From an uncultured Actinomycetota bacterium (GTDB lineage: Bacteria > Actinomycetota > Actinomycetes > JAFAQI01): a DNA stretch of 64,000 nt. The translations under genes and the position numbers were made by a program. How positions within the stretch are numbered: the first letter of the stretch is position 1; each line of letters starts with the position of its first letter. Below, one piece after another: positions 19,595 to 29,719 of the stretch. Location of the stretch: assembly GCA_963770565.1 (NCBI GenBank), contig CAVYQE010000001.1:1504001-1568000 (forward strand), written 5' to 3'. The notes under the pieces were generated by a model. It worked only from the letters and a program-made list of their open reading frames with translations. It was not told where the DNA came from and did not search any database.

Positions 19595-20035
19595 TCACTC
19601 GGCGATGGGTTCCAGGACGAACACCGGGATCACTCGCTCGGTCCGGGTCTGGTAGTCCGCATAGTCCGGGTACGCCGCGACCGCGCGCTCCCACCACTCG
19701 GCCCGCTCGTCTCCGGACAGCTCGCGCGCGACCATGTCCTGCTTCACCGGTCCGTCCTGGACCTCGACGTGAGGGTCGGCGACCAGGTTGTAGTACCAGA
19801 CCGGGTTCTTCGGCGCTCCGCCCATCGAGGCGACCGCGGCGTATCGCCCGTCGTGTTCGACCCGCATCACCGGGTTCTTGCGAATCTTCCCGGTCCGTGC
19901 GCCGCGGCTGGTCACGATGATCACCGACATGCCCCGCAGGCTCACGCCCTCGGTGCCGCCGGAGCTCTCGATCTGCTCGACCTGGTTGCGCACCCATTCG
20001 GCGGGGCTCGGCTCGTAGTCGCCCTCGATCGGCAT
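19595..20035 (-). CDS. F420-dependent (Ddn-like) nitroreductase-family oxidoreductase
   Basis: [51 protein letters not shown]. Confidence 0.92.
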   Translation of the reverse strand: MPIEGDYEPSPAEWVRNQVEQIESSGGTEGVSLRGMSVIIVTSRGARTGKIRKNPVMRVEHDGRYAAVASMGGAPKNPVWYYNLVADPHVEVQDGPVKQDMVARELSGDERAEWWERAVAAYPDYADYQTRTERVIPVFVLEPIAE

Positions 20036-20037
20036 GG

Positions 20038-21054
20038 TCAGATCCTGATCGGGCGCTGGGCGGGGGACGATCCCGCGGTGAGCGACGGGTCGGTGATGGG
20101 GATCGCACCCAATGCGTCGTCGATCGCCTTTAGCACTGCCGGCTCCAGCGTGACGCCGGAGGCGGCGACGTTGTCGACGACCTGCTCGGGTCGGGACGCA
20201 CCCACGATCGCGGACGACACGTTCGGGTTCTGAAGCACCCAGGCGACCGCGAGCTGGGCCATCGTCAGACCGGCCTCGGCGGCAATCGGCTCGAGCCGGC
20301 CGACCGCGGTCAGCACGTCGTCGCGAAGCCAGTGCTTGATGAAACTTGCGCCGCCCATCTCGTCGGTGGCGCGCGAGCCGGCCGGCGGCGGCGTACCCGG
20401 CTTGTACTTGCCGGTCAGGACGCCCTGTGCGATCGGTGACCACACGACCTGGCCGATCCCGAGCTCCTCGCAGGTCGGCACCACCTCGGCCTCGATCACC
20501 CGATAGAGCATCGAGTACTGCGGCTGGTTGGAAGCAAACGGAATCTTCAGGTCTGCGGCAAGCGGGTAGGCGGCGCGGATCTGATCAGCGGTCCACTCCG
20601 AGACCCCGATGTAGTTGACCTTGCCGGAGTGGACGACGTCGGCAAACGCGGACATCGTCTCCTCCAGCGGCGTCTCATGGTCGAAGCGATGAGCTTGGTA
20701 GACGTCGACGTGGTCGGTTTGCAAGCGTTGCAGCGATCCCTCGATCGCCTCCCGGATGTGCTTGCGCGACAGGCCGGAATCGTTGGGGCCACCGGGGCCG
20801 GTCGGCCAGAAGATCTTCGTGAAGATCTCGAGTGACTCGCGTCGCTCGCCCTTCAGGGCCTTTCCGAGCACGGTCTCGGCCTTGGTGTTGGCGTAGACGT
20901 CAGCGGTGTCGAAAGTGGTGATCCCGACATCGAGCGCCTGGCGCACGCACGCCAAAGCCGCGTCTTCCTCGACTTGCGAGCCGTGCGTGATCCAGTTCCC
21001 GTAGGAGATTTCTGAGACCTTCAGGCCAGAGGCCCCGAGACGTCGAAAGCGCAT
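20038..21054 (-). CDS. Aldo/keto reductase (Kv-beta-like)
   Basis: [33 protein letters not shown]; TAGGCT just upstream suggests a leaderless start. Confidence 0.93.
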   Translation of the reverse strand: MRFRRLGASGLKVSEISYGNWITHGSQVEEDAALACVRQALDVGITTFDTADVYANTKAETVLGKALKGERRESLEIFTKIFWPTGPGGPNDSGLSRKHIREAIEGSLQRLQTDHVDVYQAHRFDHETPLEETMSAFADVVHSGKVNYIGVSEWTADQIRAAYPLAADLKIPFASNQPQYSMLYRVIEAEVVPTCEELGIGQVVWSPIAQGVLTGKYKPGTPPPAGSRATDEMGGASFIKHWLRDDVLTAVGRLEPIAAEAGLTMAQLAVAWVLQNPNVSSAIVGASRPEQVVDNVAASGVTLEPAVLKAIDDALGAIPITDPSLTAGSSPAQRPIRI

Positions 21055-21126
21055 ATATCGAGCCTATGCCCCACGAAGCACCGTGCCGCCGAGCGGGTTC
21101 CTGGCTCGGCTCGCGCCTGCATGTAT

Positions 21127-21963
21127 CTATGCACCTGGACCTTGGTCGACGCGTTCGTGAGCGGCGGTGAGGTCGCCGCGCCACCAGCCGAGGGCTTCAA
21201 CCCACCACGTCGCGCCTGCGTCCGCGTAGGCACGAAGGTCCACGCTGGGCCCCGAATCGTTCGTGCGTCCTTCGACGGCCACGTCGAAGGGACCACGAGC
21301 GTCGGTTCGCTCTGCCTCGACGAAGGACACGACGTTCGCGAGCTCTTCCGGGGGCATCGTCAGGCCGAGACCGTAGTCACGATGCGTGGGGATGACTCCG
21401 TCGTATCGCGCCGCTCTCCGGAACGGAGCCCGATTAGGCCACCGTCCGGCACACCAGATCGGCGGCCGAGGCTGTTGCAACGGCGTGGGCAGCATTGTGA
21501 CGTCGTTGACCGCGTAGTGCTCGCCCACATGCTCAACGGGTTGTCCAGACCACAGGTCGGTCACGATGTCCAGCGACTCATCAAGCCGCCGCCCTCGGGC
21601 GGCGGCGTCAGCGACCTCTCCAAAGCCCTCGTACTCACGCGGGAGGGAGCCAAGGCCGACGCCGACGGTGAGGCGACCTTCGGAGAGCCGGTCCAGAGTG
21701 GCAAGTTGCTTGGCGACCAGCCACGGCCTGCGACGTGGCAGGGCGAGGACCATGATCCCGAGCCGCAGGGTGCTCGTGTGGGACGCCATCGCCGACATCG
21801 TGACCAGCGGGTCCGCCACCGGCCACGTTGCGTCTCGATAGAGCAGGTGGTCCCAGAGGAACACTGCGTCCCAGCCGCCGTGCTCGGCCCGGACCGCCAA
21901 ATCGACGAGCACATGGGGATCACCGAAGATGCCCACGTTGGGCAGACCCACGGCGTGCCTCAC
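21127..21963 (-). CDS. LLM-class flavin-dependent oxidoreductase
   Basis: AEHGGWDAVFLWDH, LATLDRLSEGRLTVGVGLG, PPIW. Confidence 0.88.
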   Translation of the reverse strand: MRHAVGLPNVGIFGDPHVLVDLAVRAEHGGWDAVFLWDHLLYRDATWPVADPLVTMSAMASHTSTLRLGIMVLALPRRRPWLVAKQLATLDRLSEGRLTVGVGLGSLPREYEGFGEVADAAARGRRLDESLDIVTDLWSGQPVEHVGEHYAVNDVTMLPTPLQQPRPPIWCAGRWPNRAPFRRAARYDGVIPTHRDYGLGLTMPPEELANVVSFVEAERTDARGPFDVAVEGRTNDSGPSVDLRAYADAGATWWVEALGWWRGDLTAAHERVDQGPGA

Positions 21964-22011
21964 GGTTCGTCACTCTGTCACGCGGCCCGACGTGACAAGC
22001 CGATGACGGGG

Positions 22012-22470
22012 TCAGGCGGTCCGTTGCGCGCTGAACGGCCGGCTCGCGTTGCACCCCTTCACCCGGCTCAGCCGGATCGTGATGTGGCCGGACACCGTGG
22101 TCGGGGAGGTGAAGTGTCCGGTGACCGTGACCTGCACGCCTTTCTGCGGATAGGCCCGCGACGAGCGAGAGAACCGGCCCGCCGTACTGATCGGCATCGG
22201 CCCGGTCGGCGCCTGGAACTGCGTGATGTGGTTGGTGCAGCCGGCCTTCACCTGCGCCTCGGCCATGAAGGCCCGGACCCGCCGGCGGTCCTTCGACACC
22301 ACGAAGGTGACCGGCAGCGGGCTCGGCTTAGCCGCCTCACTACCGCTGTAGTGGCCGGCGCGCGGTGCAACCTGGGGTGCCGCGAAGGCCGGTACGACGA
22401 GCCCGACGACCGCCGCGCCGGTCCCGAGCCCGATCAGTGCGCGGGCGGCGAGGGCGGTGCGGTCAGGCAT
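22012..22470 (-). CDS. Hypothetical secreted protein
   Basis: Signal-like N-terminus ending AFA; beta-rich basic domain with 2 Cys; overlaps WS/DGAT end. Confidence 0.6.
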   Translation of the reverse strand: MPDRTALAARALIGLGTGAAVVGLVVPAFAAPQVAPRAGHYSGSEAAKPSPLPVTFVVSKDRRRVRAFMAEAQVKAGCTNHITQFQAPTGPMPISTAGRFSRSSRAYPQKGVQVTVTGHFTSPTTVSGHITIRLSRVKGCNASRPFSAQRTA

Positions 22471-23968
22471 GTCGTTTGGTGCTGCCCTTCGCCGGCTTCG
22501 GCGGCTTCGGCGGCTGGTCCGGGAGCTGGTCCGGGACCACGGCGTGCACGAGCACCTTGAGCTCGTCGACCAGGTAGCCGGCCAGGACGTCGAGGTCCGG
22601 CACCAGATCGCGGTCGGCGATCAGGCCGAAGTGCAGCCCGCCGCCGTAGCTCATCACGGTGATGTTGAGGCCCTGCCCCTCGGCGATCGCCGACAGCGGG
22701 TAGTAGGCCAGCAGCTTTGCGCCCGCGTAGTAGAGCGGCACGTTCGGGCCCGGCACGTTCGAGATGATCAGGTTGAACGGGTTGATCCGCTCGACCAGGC
22801 GGAGCCGCGCCGACAGCCGGGCGGCCTGACCGGCCAGTGCCGGCATCGCGAACTCGGTGACGTCGGCCAGCAACTCGGCCGGCAGCGCGCCGTGCTGCTC
22901 CTTCGCGGCGCGCATCGCCTCGTGCGCCGCCTGCAACCGCGCAACCGGATCGTCGAGGTTCGTCGGCAGCGCGGCCATCAGCGTCGAAACCCGGTTGCCG
23001 CCGGTGCCGACCTGATCCTCGGTCCGGACGGACACCGGTACGGCGGCCACCAGCGGCGCGTCCGGCAGCGCATCGTGGTCCTCGAGCCACCGTCGCAGCG
23101 CGCCGGCGCACAGCGCCATCACGACGTCGTTCACGGTGGCGCCGGACGCGTTCTTGACCGCTCGGACCTCGTCGAACGGCACGGTCCGGAACGCCCACCG
23201 GCGGTGCGGACCGATCGGCTTGTTGAACGGGGTCGCGGGTGCGCGCAGGCTGGGCGAGGCGAGCACCACGTGAGCGTCACGTCCCATCAACCGGTCGATG
23301 ACCGGCAGCCGTGGCCGCGCCGGGCTCGATGCCAGCGTCGGCAACGACATCGCCAGCGAATAAGTCAACCGGGCCCCGCGCAGCGGGTGACCGGCCAGCG
23401 ACCACGCGCTGCGAACCAGCATCGCCAAGCTTGACGGCGCCGACTCCGTGACCCGAGGCGGGAGCTCGTCGCCGTCCTCGGGACGGCCGTCGGGGGAGGT
23501 GTCGAGGACCGCGGTGAGGATGTCGTTGCCCGACACGCCGTCGATCGCGGCGTGGTGCACCTTCGTGTAGATCGCGACCCGGCCGCCGGACAGCCCATGG
23601 ATCAGGTACAGCTCCCACAGCGGGCGGCGGCGGTCGAGATGGCGGGCGTGCAGGCGGGCGGCCTGCTCGGCGAGCTGCTGGTCGTCACCCGGCGGGGCCA
23701 GCGCGAGCTCCCGCACGTGGTACTCGATGTCGAAGTCCGGATCCTCGATCCAGTACGGCTGGTCGAGGCCGAGCGGCACGTCGACCAACCGGCGCCGAAA
23801 CGGCGGGATCAGGTGCAGCCGCGACTCGATCAGGTCGGTCAGGGTGGCCAGCGTCAAGGGCGTCGACAGGGTCGACGGATCGAGGATGCAGATGCTGCCG
23901 ACGTGTCCGTACGTCGCCGGCGTCTCCATCGCGAGGAAGGCCGCGTCCAGGCCGGTCAGCTGCTGCAT
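22463..23968 (-). CDS. Wax ester synthase/diacylglycerol acyltransferase
   Basis: LTGLDAAFL, HHAAIDG catalytic motif, ISNVPGP. Confidence 0.95.
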   Translation of the reverse strand: MQQLTGLDAAFLAMETPATYGHVGSICILDPSTLSTPLTLATLTDLIESRLHLIPPFRRRLVDVPLGLDQPYWIEDPDFDIEYHVRELALAPPGDDQQLAEQAARLHARHLDRRRPLWELYLIHGLSGGRVAIYTKVHHAAIDGVSGNDILTAVLDTSPDGRPEDGDELPPRVTESAPSSLAMLVRSAWSLAGHPLRGARLTYSLAMSLPTLASSPARPRLPVIDRLMGRDAHVVLASPSLRAPATPFNKPIGPHRRWAFRTVPFDEVRAVKNASGATVNDVVMALCAGALRRWLEDHDALPDAPLVAAVPVSVRTEDQVGTGGNRVSTLMAALPTNLDDPVARLQAAHEAMRAAKEQHGALPAELLADVTEFAMPALAGQAARLSARLRLVERINPFNLIISNVPGPNVPLYYAGAKLLAYYPLSAIAEGQGLNITVMSYGGGLHFGLIADRDLVPDLDVLAGYLVDELKVLVHAVVPDQLPDQPPKPPKPAKGSTKRHA

Positions 23969-23980
23969 GAGGTCGCTCCT

Positions 23981-24475
23981 CTAGTCGGCAAGCGCGGCGG
24001 TGATGGCGTCGACGAGCTCTGGGGCGTCCGGCTCGACCAGCGGGCGGAACCGGGCGAGCACCCGACCGTCGCGGCTGACGAGGAACTTCTCGAAGTTCCA
24101 CTGGATGTCGCCCGCTGCGCCTTCGGCGTCGGCGGTCTGGGTGAGCAGGTCATAGATCCGGTCCTTGCCGTCGCCGTTGACCTCGACCTTGGCCGTCATC
24201 GGGAACGTCACGCCATACGTCGCGGAGCAGAACGTCGCGATCTCCTCGCTGCTGCCGGGCTCCTGCTCGCCGAACTGGTTGCACGGGAACCCGAGCACGG
24301 TGAAGCCCTGGTCGGACAGGTCGCGCTGAAGGGACTCGAGTTTTGCGTACTGCGGCGTCAGCCCGCAGCGGCTCGCGACGTTGACTACGAGCGCGACCCG
24401 GCCGTCGGTGAGCTCACCGAAGGAGCTGGCTCGGCCGTCGAGCGTGGTGAGGGGAAGGCTCAACAGGTCGGTCAT
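23981..24475 (-). CDS. Glutathione-peroxidase-family Cys peroxidase (probably mycothiol/thioredoxin-dependent)
   Basis: NVASRCGLT, LGFPCNQF, WNFEKFL. Confidence 0.93.
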   Translation of the reverse strand: MTDLLSLPLTTLDGRASSFGELTDGRVALVVNVASRCGLTPQYAKLESLQRDLSDQGFTVLGFPCNQFGEQEPGSSEEIATFCSATYGVTFPMTAKVEVNGDGKDRIYDLLTQTADAEGAAGDIQWNFEKFLVSRDGRVLARFRPLVEPDAPELVDAITAALAD

Positions 24476-24487
24476 CCCTCAATAGTG

Positions 24488-25147
24488 TCAGGACTCGAGC
24501 CATCGCAACACCGCCAGCACTCGCCGGTGGTCGTCGGGCGAGGGCGCCAGGCCCAGTTTGGCGAAGATGCTCGTGACGTATTTCTCGATCGCGCCCGGGC
24601 TCAGGTGCAGCGACGCGGCAATCGCCGGATTCGCCCGGCCCTCGGCCATCAGTCGCAGCACCTGACGCTCGCGAGCGGTCAGCGCGTCGACCGAGTCGGT
24701 CCGCCGGCTCGCTCCGAGGAGCTGAGTGACGACCTCGGGGTCGAGCACGGTGCCCCCGGCGGCGATCCGGGTCAGCGCCTCGACGAACTCGCTCACGTCG
24801 GCGACCCGGTCCTTGAGCAGGTAGCCGACGCCTTCGGAACCGGACGCGAGCAGCTCGGCGGCGTACCTGGTCTCGACGTACTGCGAGAAGACCAGGATGC
24901 CGAGTTTCGGATGCCGGGCGCGGAGCGCGATCGCGGCCTCCAAGCCCTCGCTGGTGTGAGTGGGCGGCATCCGGATGTCGACGACGACCAGGTCCGGTAC
25001 GGCGTCGTCGACCACCTCGACCAGTGAGGTCGCGTCGCCCACCGCCGCGACGACGTCGTGGCCGCGGACGGTGAGGAGCTGCACGAGGCCGTCGCGCAGG
25101 ATCGCGGAGTCCTCAGCGATCACGATCCGCATCGAGATCGAGGTCAT
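24488..25147 (-). CDS. NarL/LuxR-family response regulator
   Basis: IVIAEDS, VDIRMPP, YLLKD, LTARERQVLRLMAEG; start is 25147 or 25132. Confidence 0.93.
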   Translation of the reverse strand: MTSISMRIVIAEDSAILRDGLVQLLTVRGHDVVAAVGDATSLVEVVDDAVPDLVVVDIRMPPTHTSEGLEAAIALRARHPKLGILVFSQYVETRYAAELLASGSEGVGYLLKDRVADVSEFVEALTRIAAGGTVLDPEVVTQLLGASRRTDSVDALTARERQVLRLMAEGRANPAIAASLHLSPGAIEKYVTSIFAKLGLAPSPDDHRRVLAVLRWLES

Positions 25148-26415
25148 GACAGCGGGATGTCGATCGTGACCAGGGTTGGTCCACCCTCGGGGCTGGCGAT
25201 GTCGATGCGTCCGTCGACGGTCGAGACCCGGTCGACCAGGCCGCTGAGCCCGCTGCCCCCCGACCGGCCGAACTTCGCACCGCCCGCACCGTCGTCGCCG
25301 ACTCGAACGTAGAGGTGGCCGCTGACCGTCCGGACGTCCACGGTCGCGTGATGCGCGCCGCTGTGCTTCACCACGTTCGTCAGGAGCTCGGCCGTGCAGA
25401 AGTAGACGATCGACTCGATCGCCGCGGACGGCCGCTCGGGCAAGTCGATATGCAGGTTCGTGGGCACGGTGGATCGGGCCGCCAACGTGCCAAGTGCGTC
25501 CGGCAGCCCGTTGTCGAGGGCCGGCGGATGGATCCCGCGGGCCAGGTCGCGAAGCTCGACGATCGTGCCCTTCGCTTCGCGATGCGCACTGTCGACCAGG
25601 TCGCGGACCCGCGAGAGCGCGGCCTGCGGGTCGTCGTCGGCATCGAGCTCTTCCTTGGCCATGCCGAGGTTCATCGCGAGCGAGACCAGTCGGGCCTGAG
25701 CCCCGTCGTGCAGGTCGCGCTCGATCCGGCGCAGTGCGGTCGCCGAGTCGTCGACCGCAAGTGCGCGGGTGGCCTCGAGTTGCTGGATCCGCTTCGAGCC
25801 CTCGGTGGGGCCGAGCAGGTTCGTCATCAGGAAGCGATCGATCGACACGGTGGCGCGCACCAGCCATGGCGCGAGCACGAGCAGGACGAGCCCGGCCAGG
25901 CAGGTGAGCAGAATCCGCGGGGTGGTGTCCAGGAAGTAGCCGGGCGCGAGCTGGCCGCCGCGGTGCACGACGCCGTGGTAGGTCTGCGTCGGCACGGTGT
26001 GCCGCCACACCGGATAGGTCAAGCCGCCGAGCGCACACGACCATACGGTGACCGCGACGGTGAAGTCGACGATCGCGACCGGGAACTCGAGGAGCAGGAA
26101 CGCGATCGCGCGCCAGCCGTTGACCTCGGTCAGCCAGCCCCAGATGCCCGGCCGGCGTCGCACGATCGGCGTCTCGACCTTGACGTCGAGCAACGCCCGG
26201 CCGATCGCGCGGTAGCCGCCGCCGAGGATGCGGGCCGACGCGATGGCGACGGCCAGCAGCGGGATGCCGATCAGCGTGATCAGCAGTGACCCGCTGACCG
26301 ACAGGCTCGTCACGACCCAGACGAAGGAGGCCACGGCAATCGGGAAGCCGATCAGCGCATAGAACAGCTCGCGCCAGGTGCGGGGCTGGGCCAGCGCGGT
26401 GAGGAAGGTCAGCAT
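25144..26415 (-). CDS. Membrane sensor histidine kinase (HisKA_3)
   Basis: RIERDLHDGAQ, ELLTNVVKHS, DDGAGG; GGAGG before ATG at 26415. Confidence 0.93.
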   Translation of the reverse strand: MLTFLTALAQPRTWRELFYALIGFPIAVASFVWVVTSLSVSGSLLITLIGIPLLAVAIASARILGGGYRAIGRALLDVKVETPIVRRRPGIWGWLTEVNGWRAIAFLLLEFPVAIVDFTVAVTVWSCALGGLTYPVWRHTVPTQTYHGVVHRGGQLAPGYFLDTTPRILLTCLAGLVLLVLAPWLVRATVSIDRFLMTNLLGPTEGSKRIQQLEATRALAVDDSATALRRIERDLHDGAQARLVSLAMNLGMAKEELDADDDPQAALSRVRDLVDSAHREAKGTIVELRDLARGIHPPALDNGLPDALGTLAARSTVPTNLHIDLPERPSAAIESIVYFCTAELLTNVVKHSGAHHATVDVRTVSGHLYVRVGDDGAGGAKFGRSGGSGLSGLVDRVSTVDGRIDIASPEGGPTLVTIDIPLS

Positions 26416-26515
26416 CGCCGTCACCTCCCCTCGGGTCGTCGTACCGCGTGTGTTGACCACCCAGACTGGCTCACCGAACGCCCGGTCGCCCAGCCGGAAG
26501 GCCCCCGAGATCGAT

Positions 26516-26556
26516 GGGGGTTTTCCCTACCCCGATTTCGGGGGCGTCCCGGATGG
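26516..26556. promoter_or_regulatory. Putative response-regulator binding region
   Basis: GGGGTTTTCCCTACCCC and GGGGCGTCCCGGATG between the divergent kinase and ABC genes. Confidence 0.35.
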
Positions 26557-26589
26557 TGCGCGACCGCCCCGCCGTCCAGTGTGGTGGGC

Positions 26590-27501
26590 ATGGATTCGAT
26601 CGAGATTTCTGGACTGACCAAGCGGTACGGCGACACCACCGCCGTCGATGATCTGACCTTTACCGTCGAGCCCGGCCGGGTCACCGGCTTCCTCGGGCCG
26701 AACGGCGCCGGGAAGTCGACGACGATGCGGCTGGTGCTCGGCCTCGACCGGCCGGACGCCGGCGTCGCGACCATCGGCGGCACGCGGTATGCGGACCTGG
26801 CCGAGCCGATGCGGCGGGTGGGCGCCCTGCTTGAGGCGCGGGCGTTGCACCCGGGCCGCACTGCCCGCAACCACCTCCGCTACCTCGCCTACAGCCAGGG
26901 CATCGCGGCGGCTCGGGTCGACGAGCTGCTCGAGCTCGTCGGCCTGGCCGATGTCGCGGACAAGCGAGTGGGCGGGTTCTCCCTCGGGATGGGACAGCGG
27001 CTCGGCGTGGCGGTCGCGTTGCTCGGCGACCCGAGCGTGCTGATGTTGGACGAGCCGGTGAACGGCCTCGACATCGAGGGCGTCCGGTGGATCCGGACCT
27101 TGCTTCGCGACCTGGCCGACGAGGGCCGGACCGTGCTGTTGTCGAGCCACCTGCTCAGCGAGGTGTCAGTGACGGCCGACCACCTGGTCGTGATCCGGGG
27201 TGGCCGGCTGGTCGCGAACTGCTCCACCGCTGAGCTGCTCGACCGTGGCAATGACAACGAGGTGCTCGTCGTCACGCCCGAGCCGGATCGGCTGGCCGAC
27301 CTGGTCCGGGCGAGTGGCGGCCGAGTCCTCACCCGCGACGGCGACCAGGTCTGCGTCGGTGACCTGACCGCCCCCCGGATCGGTGAGCTGGCCGCCGCCG
27401 ACCAGATCGTCCTGCACGAGCTGACGCCGCAACGCGCGTCGCTCGAAGACACCTTCGTCGAGCTCACCCGTGAGCTGTCACCTGTTGGGAGTGCATCGTG
27501 A
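26590..27501 (+). CDS. ABC exporter ATP-binding protein
   Basis: GPNGAGKST, FSLGMGQR, LDEPVNGLD. Confidence 0.93.
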   Translation: MDSIEISGLTKRYGDTTAVDDLTFTVEPGRVTGFLGPNGAGKSTTMRLVLGLDRPDAGVATIGGTRYADLAEPMRRVGALLEARALHPGRTARNHLRYLAYSQGIAAARVDELLELVGLADVADKRVGGFSLGMGQRLGVAVALLGDPSVLMLDEPVNGLDIEGVRWIRTLLRDLADEGRTVLLSSHLLSEVSVTADHLVVIRGGRLVANCSTAELLDRGNDNEVLVVTPEPDRLADLVRASGGRVLTRDGDQVCVGDLTAPRIGELAAADQIVLHELTPQRASLEDTFVELTRELSPVGSAS

Positions 27502-28280
27502 TCGTCACCTATGACCGCCTGCTGCGCGCGGAGTGGACCAAGCTGCGATCCCTGCGGTCGTCGAGCTGGACGATGACGGTGATGGTGGTGGCGAGCATCG
27601 GTCTCGCAGCCCTCATCGCCGCCTCAGACGCGCACAGCTACTCGACCCTGTCGGCCGCGGACAAGGCGACCTGGGACCCGACGAACGAGAGCCTGGCGGG
27701 CACCCTGATCGGTCAGATCGTGATCGGGGTCTTCGGGGTTCTCGCGATCACCGGCGAGTTCGCCACCGGAACGATTCGCAGCAGCATTGCGGCCGCGCCT
27801 CGCCGTACTCCTCTGCTGGTGGCGAAGGCGATCGTGTACGGCGGCGTCGCTCTGATCGCAGGTGAGCTGATCTCGCTGGCATCGTTCTTCGTCGGCCAGC
27901 CGATCATCGCCGGGAGCGCGCCGCACGCAACGCTGGGCCAGCCCGGGGTGGCCCGAGCGGTGCTGTTCGCCGGTGTCTATCTGGCGCTGATCTGTCTGCT
28001 CGCGCTCGGGATCGGAACCGTGATCCGGCATACCGCAGCAGCGATCAGCGCGGTTGTCGCGATCCTGCTCGTCGTGCCCGCCATCACGGCGGCGCTGCCG
28101 ACCTCGGTCCAGAACTCCTTCGGCATGTTCCTCCCGGTGCAGATCGGCGGTGCGTCGATGGGCGCGGTCGTGCGGGTGCCGCACGCACTCTCACCCTGGG
28201 CCGGTGCCGGCGTGCTCACTCTGTATGCGGCCATCGCGCTCGGTCTGGCCGGCTGGTCGCTGGTGCGCCGCGACGTCTGA
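27498..28280 (+). CDS. ABC-2-type exporter permease
   Basis: RAEWTKLRS, GEFATGTIRS, several TM helices, ends RRDV. Confidence 0.9.
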   Translation: MIVTYDRLLRAEWTKLRSLRSSSWTMTVMVVASIGLAALIAASDAHSYSTLSAADKATWDPTNESLAGTLIGQIVIGVFGVLAITGEFATGTIRSSIAAAPRRTPLLVAKAIVYGGVALIAGELISLASFFVGQPIIAGSAPHATLGQPGVARAVLFAGVYLALICLLALGIGTVIRHTAAAISAVVAILLVVPAITAALPTSVQNSFGMFLPVQIGGASMGAVVRVPHALSPWAGAGVLTLYAAIALGLAGWSLVRRDV

Positions 28281-28289
28281 GCGATCGAG

Positions 28290-28961
28290 CTAGGGGTCGA
28301 GGACTAGGGCGAGCGCGAAGCCGTCGTAGCCCTTGGCCCCTACGGTCTGGATCACCGTTGCCGCCACCCGGCGCTGGGCGCCGAGTACGTCGGCGAATCG
28401 GCGGGTCCCGACCACGCTGGGGTCGATCGAGCCGGCGTCGAGCACGTCGCCGCCGCGTACGACGTTGTCGGCGATGATCACGCTCCCCGGGTGGGTCAGC
28501 TTCAGCGACCAGCGCAGGTAGTCCTCGTTGTTCGCCTTGTCGGCGTCGATGAAGACGAGGTCGAAACTGCGATCGGCCAGCTTCGGCAGGGTGTCAAGAG
28601 CCTCGCCGACGATGACCTCGACCCGGTCGGCGAAACCGGCCTTGGCGATGTTGTCGACCGCGACCGCCGCGTGGCGCGGCGAGGACTCCAGCGTGACCAG
28701 GCGGCCGTTGGCCGGCAGCGCGCGGGCCAGATGAATCGCGCTGAAGCCGCCCAGGGTGCCGAGTTCGAGGATGCTTCGCGCGTTGATCATCTTCGCGACG
28801 ACGGTGAGCAGCTGGCCCTGCAGCGCCGAGACCTGCTGCACCGGAAGCCCGGCCGTCGCACTGGCCGCGAGCACTTCTTCGAGGATCGGGTCCGTAGGCG
28901 CGAGCAGCCGCGCAAAGTAGTGGTCGACCTCGGCCCAGGTGCGGTCGAACGGCATCTCCAC
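28290..28961 (-). CDS. SAM-dependent O-methyltransferase
   Basis: ILELGTLGGFS, FIDADK, IIADNV. Confidence 0.92.
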   Translation of the reverse strand: MEMPFDRTWAEVDHYFARLLAPTDPILEEVLAASATAGLPVQQVSALQGQLLTVVAKMINARSILELGTLGGFSAIHLARALPANGRLVTLESSPRHAAVAVDNIAKAGFADRVEVIVGEALDTLPKLADRSFDLVFIDADKANNEDYLRWSLKLTHPGSVIIADNVVRGGDVLDAGSIDPSVVGTRRFADVLGAQRRVAATVIQTVGAKGYDGFALALVLDP

Positions 28962-28968
28962 CTCCAGC

Positions 28969-29634
28969 TCAGTTGATCGAGGATGGCACGTTGATCATCC
29001 TCCCCGCCGGCACGGCCGACAGGTTGCGCATTAGCGATGCCTCGAGCGCGAGCCAGCGGCCCTCGGCCGCGAGCCGCCCGGCGGCGTCGAGCTCGGCCAG
29101 GAACCGCTGCCGATCCGGCAGGTCGGCGATCACCGTCGCCGCGACCAAGTAGGAGAGCAGCCGGGCGTCGTCGGGCAGCTGTGCGGTTTCCAGCAGCACC
29201 CCACGCAGCTCCCCGAGCGCGTCGCGGTAGTCGGCGTACCGCTTGGTGACGATGGCGTCGAGCGCCCCGACCTCGCCGATCGGTTCGGGCAGCCATTCGA
29301 CCGTCGCGCAGAGGTAGGGCCGCTCGCGATCCACGGAGCGGACCCGAAACCGGGTGCTGCCGACGGTTTCGATGTCGTACGTGCCGTCCGAGCCACTCGC
29401 GACCGCGGTGATCATGGCCATGCAGCCGATCTCGTGCAGGGCCCGGATGCCATCCGCGCCGACCTCGCGGCCGCTGCGAATCGCGATCACGCCGAAGCGG
29501 CGCTCCGACTCGGGGAGGGCGAGCAGGTCGGCGATGAGGGCGCGGTAGCGGTCCTCGAAGATGTGCAGGGCCAGCGGGCCGCCGGGAAACAGCACCGTTC
29601 CCAGTGGGAACAGCGGGATCAGCGGTGCGGCCAC
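28969..29634 (-). CDS. Stand-alone LON substrate-binding domain protein
   Basis: IPLFPLGTVLFPG..LHIFEDRYR; FGVIAIRSGREVG. Confidence 0.88.
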   Translation of the reverse strand: MAAPLIPLFPLGTVLFPGGPLALHIFEDRYRALIADLLALPESERRFGVIAIRSGREVGADGIRALHEIGCMAMITAVASGSDGTYDIETVGSTRFRVRSVDRERPYLCATVEWLPEPIGEVGALDAIVTKRYADYRDALGELRGVLLETAQLPDDARLLSYLVAATVIADLPDRQRFLAELDAAGRLAAEGRWLALEASLMRNLSAVPAGRMINVPSSIN

Positions 29635-29719
29635 GACCTGAACGCTACGCAGCGGCCCGCGGGTGGACCCGGCGCGGTGGCTTTCCCAACCCGGCTCGGG
29701 CGGGCTACAGTAGTGAGCC

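Noticed and set aside
23981-24475. Selenocysteine peroxidase
   Set aside because: The active-site codon encodes Cys; there is no in-frame TGA
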